A DNA stretch of 64,000 nucleotides from Octopus bimaculoides (Eukaryota), in NCBI RefSeq assembly GCF_001194135.2, contig NC_068987.1:72559501-72623500 (forward strand). The letters run 5' to 3'. A program made the translations under genes and the position numbers. This document shows, piece after piece, positions 24,221 through 35,982 of this stretch (its first letter is position 1; each line of letters begins with the position of its first letter). The notes beneath the pieces are model-generated. The model had not been told where the DNA came from. It ran no database searches and worked only from the letters and a program-made list of their open reading frames with translations.

Positions 24221-27200
24221 TCTCTAATTGACAAGCTGCCATTTAAGAGTGCATACCTAGTCAAGATTCATTTTGGTTGTTCTTGTCGTTTATTTCCAAA
24301 ACAGCCTTGATCTAACGAATGTTTGCTTAAAGCTATTTCAGCTCTGATCATCCTGTCTTTTATTGTATATCAAGGATTACATTGTCCAATATGCTCTTTC
24401 CTTATTCAAGATGGTCAGGTGTAATTCGAGAAAGGTTTGGCTGCTATTTCTAGATGGGTAAGTAACTACATAGAAGTATCTTATTGATTTGTTCATTGCT
24501 CATTTATGTCTGTTTTTCGATACTGGCATGGGTTAGACATACTTATTTGAGGCAATATTTTACAGTCTGGAGGCTTTGATCTTACCTGTTTTTCAGGTAA
24601 GGGATTTTTATTATTTCACTAAGGTTTGAAAGCACAGAGCTACAGGATGCATTGTTTACAGGGGATGTAAACATGCCATAATTCTTTCCTCAAATGGTCA
24701 CATGGAAAGCAAAAATTCACACACACACACACACACACACATATATGCACATAACATGGTTAGGAAGCAAACTTCTGACCACATGGTTTTGAGTTTGGTT
24801 CCACAGTGCAGCACCTTGAGCAAGTGTTTTCTACTATAGTTTGGGCCAACCAAAACCATGTTAGTGGATTTGGTAGGCAGAAACTGAAAGAAACCTGTCA
24901 AGCTGTCCTGTGTGAGTGTGTATCATACACATGCAAATGTCAGTGTGTGTATTTGTGTTTCTTTGTTTTGATAGTGTGTAATAGTTGTAAATAAGTGTCA
25001 CTGTCATACAAGAGGTATCATTCTTTTATAATCTGCCATGAAAACATGTCTGGCCATGGAGAAATATTACCTTGCTTGGAAACAGGTGTACATTAGCAGC
25101 AGGAAGAGCATCCAACTGCAGAGATTCTGTTACAGTGAATACCGTTCAATCCATGCAAACATAGTAAAGTGGATGTTAAAATGATAATGGTGATATACAT
25201 AAGATAGGCTTCCATACAGTTTCTTTCTACCTATTTCAGTCACAAGGCATTGGTGGACCCAAGACACCTGCTAAAGTGTCAGACTGAGCTCAAAACCATG
25301 TTTATGAAGTGAACTCTTAACCATACAGTTATACCAACACCCGTTCATATATTGGTTTTAAATTCTAGCACAAAGCCAGCAATTTTGAGGGAAGAGTTAA
25401 GTTGATAACAATGACCCCCAGTGTTCATTCAACTGGTACTTATTTTGTCAACCCCAAAAGGATGAAAGTCGACTGTGGCAAAATTTGAACTCAGAACATA
25501 AAGACGGATAAAATGCCACTTAGCATTTGGCCCAGTGAGCTAATGTTTTGGCCAGCTCACTGCCTTCACGCATTCATATATCAATTATAGTCATACTCCT
25601 TTATGTTGTCTATAAAGAAGTGGATGAGACAGAAAAATTTTAAAGTATTGTCAGAGACATAACAAATGGTCAAACTCCAATTTGTGGTTAGGAATTGATT
25701 TAGTATATCATATCTTCTGATATGTTGAGTATAAACACAAACACATAATCTGATTACATCCTACTGTGACATCTACTTGCATTCTCTTGCATAAGAAAAT
25801 GAATTATTTAATTTTTGAACAGTTCTGTTTTCATGCTCCAGTAAACTTATATATGTCCTTATAGATTCATTCATCACTATTTCAACAAGTATAGTGAAGG
25901 ATATGGTTTTCTATTGAGGTTAGGACAAACAAGTTCAGAATTACTTACTGATAGAATGAAAATAATATTGGTTTCAAATTTTGGCACAATTTGGGGGTGG
26001 GGTAAGTCGATTACATCTACTGGTACTTATTTTATTGACCCCCAAAAGACGAATGACAAAGTTGATCTCAGTGGAATTTGAACTCAGAAGATAAAGATGG
26101 ATGAAATGCTGCTAACTATTGAATATTAACTGATGGCAACAGCTATTTTCCATCTCTTTGATACCACACAATTGGCTAGGAATTGATTTAGTATTTAGTA
26201 CATCACATCTTCTGATATGTTGTGTATAAACACATACAAATAACATTCCACTGAGACATCAACTTACATTCTCTTGTCTAGAAAACTAATGAATTATTTA
26301 ATTTTTGGACAGTTCTATTTTCATACACTAATAATCTTGTATATTAAATTAAAATGCTGAAAGTTACAACAAATAGGGTTCACATAATCTGTGGTGATTT
26401 TTCATGGCAACCCAACATAATGAAATTCCATTACAAAGACTAAAATTCCTTTTTAGAGCTAGAAAATACTAATCAATTTCTGTTCTCTCTACAAACCTTA
26501 AGACCCACAACAGAGTATTGCTCCCACATCTGGGCATGATACTTCTGCTACAAATATAGAGATCCTAAACTACATCTAAAAGAAGGCCATCTGATTGATT
26601 GGCAGAAACTCATTCATCAATATGCTACAAGATAGGTGAAGGACTTGCAGCCTTCCAAAAGAAGTACATCATTTGAGAGAAAATCATTATTCCAGAGCAT
26701 ATTTTTGTTAATTTTAATTATATTCTAAAGTCAATCTTTTCAACGAAATTATAAATTTTAGAAACACCTATTTATATTTCTTTATGCACCTTGTAATTAA
26801 TTACTGAAGGTAATTACAATTGTTTGAAATGTAGGAATCTGAAGAAATTCTTGGAAACAAAATGTTACAGAGGGCTTAGTCTGAAACTCAAACCTTTTCT
26901 ACATTCTGTTACAGATTTTATAACTGGTTATATTTTTTAAATAAGGTTTGGCAGAATGAAGCATGATTTAAAATTAGGCCTTATTAGATGACGGTAAACT
27001 TCACTATGGGCTTCAAACATAAAAAGGTACCTCATCTCTGTACAATAAACTCTGGCCCACAGATGAACTGCCTCATCTCTCTCTGTTTAATTTCCAATAC
27101 TCCCATGAATATAAAATAAAGTACTTATTCTAGCATACAATAGATAGCATTTTATCAATTTCAGTTTAATGAAATATGAAAGTCATACAATTGAACTAAT

Positions 27201-29128
27201 CTGTTGCTTAAATAAAGATATTTATTTATACAGAGACATAGGTGATAAATAACATCCTAGACAGACCTATAAAACAGCATGAGACACACATGAATAGCAG
27301 TATTAAAATCTTTCATTCGCCAAATACCAACTACAGAATGAAGGCTGTAGTAGCTTTGATAGCAGTAACTCTGCGTGATTTCACAGCAACTGGCTGACAC
27401 GAGTAAAAGAGAATGCCAATGAACCCAGAAAGAATGACAGGTTAAGCCAATTTCATAATATGATTTGAATGGTGCATGCATAAACTACACACATGCATGA
27501 ACTATCAAATAAAGTGCTGATAATCCAGTCTGAGATCAATGATTTAATCACAAGCTACTTTTGAAATAATAACAAAACAAATCTCATAGTCTTGTTGTAA
27601 AATTCCTTCTAACCATCTAAGACAACCATTTAGACTAGATGCTTGTAAAAGGATGAATTTAATAATAAAATACACTTGCAAGCTAGTTATATTATAGTCT
27701 GTAATCAGAACCAAACATCATAAGATGAATAGCAACTACGGTTTTGAAATAGCTTCCTGTTGTCATTTCTAGGTCTAAAAGAACACAACAATACTGTATT
27801 GTCTTTAATTTAGGCACCGAATCCTGTATTTAATCTGGCAGAAGAACAATTTAAAATCAGTGTAAAAAACCAAAAATCTAGTAGTGTAGCAAGCACTAAG
27901 TCACATAACATGTTTTCAATAAAACATTCAGTGAGATTTCTTTATTATTAATAATGAACAATTCCTCCTTGGAGACTCACTGATAAAAGATAAATACAGA
28001 AACACCAATGGATGAAGATGCAGGAGTGTCATCAATTCAGGCTCTACATCTCACAGAAATGTAAAGTCTATGGGAGAGTCATGGCAAAATAATGATGATG
28101 ATGATGATGATGGAAGGCGGGGGTAGACAACAGAAGCCTCTAATTCTCCATCCTGCTTAAATGTCTGATTAAATAAAAACTACAGTTGAATGATTCCTCA
28201 AGTTATAACATCTTTAATCAATTCTGAATTGTAGTTAGAGCAGAAACATCTGCTCCAAGAACACAAAAATATCCTAGCCAGAATAAAAAATAAATAAATA
28301 AACATAATATTCATATTGTTTGGTGACTCAACAATAGCTGAACAGGATTTTTGTGAATGGGGAGTATATATGCAATAAGAGTAGCAGAGCTTCCCTTGTC
28401 TCTTTCTTTCCTTCTTTTTTTTTTTTTTTCTGAGTCCAAAAGAAGACGGTGGGTGGTGCCCATGATCTTTTAATGACCTAATAGACTGGGAGATTGGATT
28501 ACTTGAGAGAAGTGAATGCAATTAACAGCTAATTTGAACTACTGCATACTAGTAGATGGAAGCAGGAAATATCACTGGAATTAGATTTTATTTTGTGGGT
28601 ATTAAATCTGAATGGTTTTTGGATTGCAACATTACACAGAATTCTCCAAGAATAAACTTGAAGTGGTTTTCTGTTGCTGTCACCAAATCCATTACAGGAT
28701 TTACACACAACCTATCAAGCTAAACTAAACATTCATAATTATAGGGTGCTCCTACTCTTTACAGCAGTGAGCTGTACCCATTTAAGAGACAACTTTATTG
28801 CTACTGGATGTAATGAGCCTCTTCTTCTGCTGACTTGCATCAGATAGTGACAAATGTGCCACATATCCTGTTAGTGTGCCATTTTCACATCAGTATGGCT
28901 TTCAAAGCTAATAATTTCTGGAGTCACTTCAACTCACAAGAATACTCTGGTTGTTGGAGTTTGCACGATCTACCTTTAATGTACAAGTAGCATTAAGAAG
29001 ATACTCTCTGGTTTGAAGAAGACAAGAAGACACTAAGAGTTGATTACATTGACCCAAGTACTTGATTGTTAGTTTATTTAAAATAGCAAACCTGTTAGAG
29101 TTAAATGTCACTGATGATACAATTTTAC

Positions 29129-29300
29129 CTATCAAACATAGCCTTGCCATCACCTGTGCTGGCTTGCTTCAGTAGATTCCGTTGAACCTTGTAGTGTGTG
29201 ACCGACTGAAGTACTTGGTGCTGCATTGATATTTTTTTCCTTTCTACCCACCTTTTTTTGTTTTTGTTTTTCTTTTGTAAAATATATTCCTTTTCATATT
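29129..29300 (-). CDS. Candidate orphan coding exon inside the ATG4D intron
   Basis: ttttattcag|AA TAT GAA...GAT AG|gtaaaa, 172 nt, open in phase 1->2: (E)YEKEYILQKKNKNKKRWVERKKISMQHQVLQSVTHYKVQRNLLKQASTGDGKAMFD(R). No homology recognised. Confidence 0.3.
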
Positions 29301-30194
29301 CTGAATAAAATGTACTCTAAACCAATAAATATACTAATAATACCTTTAGGCAATAAAAGTGACTTCTATGTATTCATTAAACCTAAGTGTCCAATATACT
29401 AACAACTTTAGCCAACAAAGAGATTATGTGGTTACTAAAGTCACTAGTTCAACATACTAACACATTTAGCCAATAAAGAGGTTTCTCTGTGGTCACTCAA
29501 CTTGTTACAGACAGTGACCAAATGTTCCTCAAATCACACCTCACCATCTTAAAAAAAGCCAAAAAACAAAGGTTGGCATCAGGAAGAACATTTGACCATA
29601 AAATACTACTTCAATAAGTCTCATCCAACCCATGCCAACATGGAAATGTAGACATGAAATCAATAATGATGATATATGTTGATGCATGATGTGCATTTAT
29701 AATTACAAGCAACAAAATCTTGGGAAAAAAATATCTCTGATGTACACTATACAATGACTTTTTCTTAGTATCATGATATAAGGGAAAAACAGGTGTTCAG
29801 TCAGAGTCCTTTGTTTTTTTTTTTATTAGTGTATTAAATACATTGAAAAGATACAACACATCCTAAATGATAGTAAAAGCAATTTGAAAGTGACCATTGC
29901 ATTTTACTGGTGTAGGCTGTAAAAATGCACCACATTGTGGAAATCACCTGATCACTTGTCTTGTTTCATAAAAAACAGTCTATATTCAATACAAATAAAT
30001 GTTATACATAAATTGTTCATCTTTTTAAGGTTGGTGCTTGTAATGAAAATTTAGACAAGGAATTCATGAGATATAAATTGTAGATACATAGTAGGTTATC
30101 ATGATATGTAGGATGTTTAACTATAGTAGTTTCTAAGTAATGTTTGTCCTGGCTATGACATTAAACTGCATCTCATAATGGGGCCCTAGTTGAG

Positions 30195-30740
30195 GCCAAG
30201 ATTTTGAAGAGTGTGGAACCACTTCTTAGCAACTATTGTTCCTAAGTCTACTCTGACCTGGAGTAGTATCACCTGTCAGGGTTCCAACTATGAGTTAATT
30301 AGCATATTATGGAAGAAGCTCCAAGCATGAACCCTCACTGCCTTGTGGGTGCCTTGGGAAAGGAAACGGTTAAGGGAATCAATCTTGACAGCATGTCAAG
30401 GAGTGAAGTCTTTCAGATGGTCTGGTGCCCTCTTTGACACCCTTCTGGTGGGCAACTCCAGAGTAGAAGGAGCTCTCCAGTCCTGTAAGACAATTTACTA
30501 AAGAAAAGGCTATTCCAATTTAAAACCTATAGCTTACTGGTTACTGCAGCTGCCTTAGACCACTGAACCACACTGGTTAGACCTCTAAGTCTAAAGAATG
30601 AGATCAGATTGCATGGACTGAATCTTCTTTTAAAACTATTAGGTGCAAGCAGAAAAAAACAGCCTTGCAACATCAAAGATAGGTTTACATAGTCACTTGA
30701 GGGCATGCCACTCTTCCTCGTGATCTTCAGACATGAAGCA
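30195..30740 (+). mobile_element. RTE-like LINE 5' region relic
   Basis: 30205-30300 resembles 42850-42950 (GAGTGTGGAACCA..CTTAG..ACTATTGTTCCTA..TCTA..TGACCTG); also contains an RTE-5'-UTR-like GGGCAACTCC..AGAAGGA segment. Confidence 0.45.
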
Positions 30741-31036
30741 AAACTGCCATCATACATACATATGTACCTACGTATATATGTATGTATAAGATTCAATTGA
30801 ATCAGGTACTTAAATTGAGGCACCTTGTTAGATTGGAATAATATACATACACAATATTATGTAAATATCAAACTTGGTACAGAAGTACCAACTGAATGAT
30901 ATTCATGCAGTTTATGTAGACAATTAGACTCAGCTGAATAAAGAGATCTGCTCTTGAGTTATTCAGACATACACATGATATTAAATATACAGTCCATAAT
31001 ATTTACAAAGGGCAGATTCCAAGACAGGTGAATAAA

Positions 31037-31199
31037 ATATGAATGAGTAACAGTAGAGGTACAGGTGTCAATCCATGTAATGTTTTCATTAATCAATTAA
31101 ACAGTTTCTTTATAATGATGTAATGTTTTCATTAATTAATTAAAGGAGTTGTTAGAAACAGCCATAATGGATTGATACCTGTACCTCTACTGTTATTCA

Positions 31200-31206
<7 letters not shown>
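31037..31206. repeat. 40-bp inverted repeat with a 90-nt spacer (MITE-like hairpin)
   Basis: 31037-31076 and the reverse complement of 31167-31206 differ at 2 positions. Confidence 0.85.
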
Positions 31207-31258
<52 letters not shown>

Positions 31259-31650
31259 CTATATATCTTACAAGTTATCATGAAATATATTACAAATATC
31301 TGAAATGTCTATTACAGATATACACTAAAGTACTCTGATACAACTCTACTTCTTACTCATATTAAGATCAGCAAGAACATTTATGTAGTTATTTGACCAG
31401 CTAGAAGCAACAGTAAAATTCCTTCAAATGATATCCTACTGCTTCAAGAAAAATAAGAAGGACACATTGAATTGCGTAGGTCAAGCTACATTATTCCTGA
31501 AAACAAAATGGGATTGTCACATTGAAAGTCTTTGATCAAGTTACTAAAGCTAGTTGCAAGATTACCAAGTAGATAAGGTATTGAATATTGGTTATGGCTA
31601 CTACAGTAACAATACAGTGCGGGTTATCAGTAAATTAATGTATGCATACA

Positions 31651-32032
31651 GCTTTCGCTCGTTTCAGTCATTAGACTGTGGTCATACTGGGGCACTGTCT
31701 TGAAGAATTTTGAGTCAAATGAATCAACCCCAGTACATATTTTTGTTAAACCCAATACTTATTCTATCAGTCTGTTTTGCTAAACTGCTAAGTTACGGAG
31801 ATGTAAACACACCAACACCGATTGTCAAGTATTGACAAACACAGATACACACATACATGTATATATACATGATGGTCTTCTTTCAGTTTCCATCTTCCAA
31901 ATCTATTCACAAGGCTTTGGTCGCCCGAGGCTATAGCAGAGGACTCTTGCCCAAAGTGTCATGCAGAGGGACTGAACCCAGAACCGTGTAGTTGAGAAGC
32001 AAGCTTCTAACCATGCAGCCACACCTACATCT
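31651..32032 (-). mobile_element. Full-length tRNA-headed SINE (family B) abutting the 3' end of the U6 copy
   Basis: Head (GTGGCTGCATGGTTAGAAGCTTGC...GGTTCAGTCCC), CTTTGGGCAAG body, internal TA/TG microsatellite and GACTGAAAC tail, all similar to the 10045-10455 copy. Confidence 0.85.
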
Positions 32033-32133
32033 AAAAATATGGAACGCTTCATGAATTTGCACGTCATTCTGGCACAGAGGTCATGCTAATCTTCTCTGTA
32101 TTGTTCCAGTTTTAGTATATGTACTGCCGAAGC
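32033..32133 (-). pseudogene. U6: U6 snRNA pseudogene (retrocopy) lacking the first ~6 nt
   Basis: Reverse complement reads GCTTCGGCAGTACATATACTAAAACTGGAACAATACAGAGAAGATTAGCATGACCTCTGTGCCAGAATGACGTGCAAATTCATGAAGCGTTCCATATTTTT, i.e. U6 with ~10 substitutions against the vertebrate sequence, several of CpG-decay type. ACAGAGA box intact; no obvious upstream TATA box. Confidence 0.92.
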
Positions 32134-35100
32134 ATAAAATTAATGTCATTGTGAAATTAGAGTAAATGGTCCTTTTAGGCAGTGTGGAGTGAAGACTGAA
32201 TCAGCTATTAACTGGTACTTGATTATATCAAAATGAAAGATAAAATTGATCTCAGTGTGATTTGCACTCAGAATATAGACAGTCAGTATTTATTTCAGCT
32301 CTTTACATTCTGAGTTAAAATCAAGTTGAGGTCGACTTTACCTTTCATTGTTCTACAGGTTGATGAAAGAAAGTACAAGTGAAGAACTATGTTCAATAAA
32401 ATTGAATGTTTCTTTCCCATTCCTTCAGTGTCCGCTCTTGTGCCTGTGTTAGAAATTATTATTACTTAATAGACTGTCATATGTGCAATGAACAGTAAAA
32501 TACAAAATAATGACTTTATTCTTTTATTTGTTTTTTAGTCATATGACTGTGGCCATGCAGGAGAATTGACTTGCATATTTATTCTTAACACATTCCAGCA
32601 GATTCATCATCATCATCATCACTGTTGAATGTCTGCTTTTCATGCTGGCATGCATTGGATGATTTGACAGGAGCTGGCCAGCCAGAGAGCTGTCTAGGCT
32701 TCAATTGTCTGTTTTGACTTGGTTTCTATGGCTGGATGCCTTCCCTAATGCCAACCACTGGCACGGATGGTTTTTATGTGTTACTGACATAGTTACATTT
32801 TATGTGGCACCACCATGAATGCATTTTATATGGCACTAGTACCTGCAAGGCAAAGATCTCTCAGCTGGGAGAGGGAGTGAGGACATGGCCATATAAGAAC
32901 ATACCTGTCCAATGTGATATGCTAATCACTGCTGTGTTCATCACAGGAAAACAGTTTCTCCTTTATGATGAATATGCACAGGTTCATAACACACTTTATT
33001 CATTAGTATATGAGATTTTGGAACAACTGGTGTTTCAATACCTTTGTGCTTCGTCAGCCAGAAGCACCCCCAGACCAATGAATTGAACAAGAGCCTATGG
33101 CCTTGTTTATAATTTCAGTGCGCAGACTATTTGCTAATCCATGTCGGCATTGTTATATGTATGGTGAATAGCATTGATCTCTTTTTCCTAAACAGTTAAT
33201 GTTAAGTAACCTTCAGTTACTTATTAAAATACAAATATGTATCTTGATGTAAACTCATTTGTCTAATGGTACATGATAAATAGTAAGACAATAATTATGA
33301 CAGTACCAGTATGAATCATCATCATCATCATCATCATTTAACATCCACTTTCCATGCTAGCATGGGTTGGACGGTTTGAAGGCTCCAATCTGATCTGGCA
33401 AGGTTTCTACAGCTGGATGCCCTTCCTAACGCCAACCACTCCAAGAATATGGTGCTTTTTACATGCCACCGGCATGGGACCAATCATCTATTTCTTTCCC
33501 TTGCCTTTCCTCATTTTGTCCCCTTCAAACACCAGAACCTACATTAATCCTTTGATACCAACCCACGAGAAATCATCCCTCTATACTATTATACAAAGTC
33601 ATATTTTAATTAAAACCTTCAACCATGCTTTTATGTAAGGTGCTTTTGTTATGTTATGATACAAACACCATTTTGATAATGAAAGTTCTTAATAATTTCC
33701 AAAATTAATTGAAAGGGTATGTGCCCCACCCTTCTTTGAATTACAATATAAAGAAGAGAAAAATGTTGCAAATATATATATAAAACAAGCATAGTGGTAT
33801 CTAGATTCATCTTTATAATGCAACCCGAGGAAGGTTTGTATGTTGATTATAATTTCTAATACACCAGAAAATCGTGACACATAGAGCTCAATGGGTATAG
33901 TGTGTAGTCTAAGAGAACAACCCTGGTTTCCTAACTTCTGTTCCCTTAAAGCTACACTAAAATGAGCTTAGGGAGTAAAACCTGAAGAATCGGGAGATAG
34001 GATCGTTAAGGCAGTTGGTACTATTTCCAGCCAGTAACAATGGTGGTGCCAAACTGCATTAGCACTTGTGCTTAGACTATAACAGCGTTGTTGTTGTTTA
34101 CTGCCATGTTGGCTCTGATCGAGCAAACCCACGATCAAACTCGTTCTAGTCATGACTATCAAATTTTATTTTCTGGAATAGTGTACTTCGGGCTGCCTTA
34201 TCTGACGGGCACTTTATTAAAACAGTAGGATAAGGGATTTTGTGCTGCTATTTCTTCTTGGCGCTGCTATACCAGGGTTGGGAGAAAATGTGGGATGAGT
34301 AGAAGCCTAATGGATACTATAACATAAATCTCTTCATAATTTGTAGCGTGATACAGACAGATGCCAGATAAGTAACAGTACACTGCCAAGAAAAAACAAC
34401 AAAAAAACGGCAGAGTAAGACAAAAAAATCTATAAGCTATGCAACGAAAATATCTATAAGCTATGGCATAAAAATAAATAAATATGGGTAGCACAAAAAT
34501 AATTTATATATATATATATATATATATTTCCGCTTCAAAAATGCTAATAAAATAAAATAATTAACATTATCCTAAGGTATTTTTAGCAACTTTTATAGCA
34601 GGAGTTATTTCTCTTGACTTCCGCCACCTCATCACCCAATGATGAGATGCAATGTTATGTTTGATGAGACAGATGTTTTCTTTTATGGAGTCTAGTTTTT
34701 ACACGCAAAATCGAGCGATGAAACGTTAAAAATTATAGAGAAATAATTAGATCAATTATCAGAATAATATTACTCAAAGTAGCAGGTGTGTGTGTGTGGG
34801 GGGGCATATAAAGTGTACGTAAAAGAATAACAGTATTAGAACGTTAACATCATCATCATCATCAGTTTTAGATTCATCTTGCTATGAGTCAATGGGTTGG
34901 ACATGTTTGCACTACAACATCCGTTCCGCATGCAATGAACCCACTCCAGCTATCCGTTAAATAACACACACAGAAGAGAGAGAAAAAGGGAGAGATAGAG
35001 AAAGAGACGAAGTAAGTGCTCAGCATAAGTGGACTTTGATTAGTCTTTTTACGTAGCAACAGAACTGGTTGCTCTAAAAACCCTTTCGTTGTCAGGTATG

Positions 35101-35982
35101 CGGGGCCAGTACAATATGCATGACAGTAAGCCAAACAAGACAATCTCTATATAGTTGCTCGACTTGCAAGAAATACCAGTCAAATATCCCTCAAATTTCA
35201 CCGTCACCTTGCAAAGGGAGAGCACATTGCATAATGTAGTCCTACATACACAATCCCACGAGGTGATGATGATCATGGCTGAAACATCCATCTACTGATT
35301 TAGGGTTGATCTGGTGTTAAACATTAACAGGACTGAAGCGGCCGAAAGTGAATTGGTCGTGGTTTAGTACTGATGTTGCATGTTTACAAAGTCAATGGTA
35401 GAATTATATAAAAATATGTCAAGTAAACTCGTAAAATTAATAACTTCTTACATTCAACAAGCCTAGCATTTTAGAAGTCGATAGCAAAAGGGGGGGGGCG
35501 GTCGCAATGCCAACCATTTAATCAATTGCTCGGATCACAGAGACTTATAGTGACTCAATTTTGTGAATATTTCGCAACCGCGTCTCTATAAGCATCCACA
35601 AGGCATAATATCGGTTATTTGTGAGTGAATGAAACTTAATAAATCCAATACGTTGGTTAACATGTGTAAGCCGTTCAAACAACACAACTGTTGTTTCACA
35701 CCAGAACATATTAACATGTTTTACGGAAAGAGAAAGAGATAGAGGGGCGGAGTAACGATGAAAAACAATGACTGTTGTTGTTTACGTGAACAATGTCAAA
35801 ATCACTACCGCCCTCCAACAGAAACCAAACACCTTTATATTCCGCTTGCTTTCTTCACGCTTTTCTAACCGATACATAAACGCACGAACAGATGCTAAGA
35901 TGCACGATAAAAAAGGGTTTCCAATAAATATATTAAAGCTTCCAGTAACAAATTTAAAGTAAATAGATAAAAATCAACTTAC

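Noticed and set aside
32033-32133. Functional U6 gene
   Set aside because: The first ~6 nt are missing, ~10 substitutions affect the internal stem-loop and 3' stem, and no TATA box is evident upstream.
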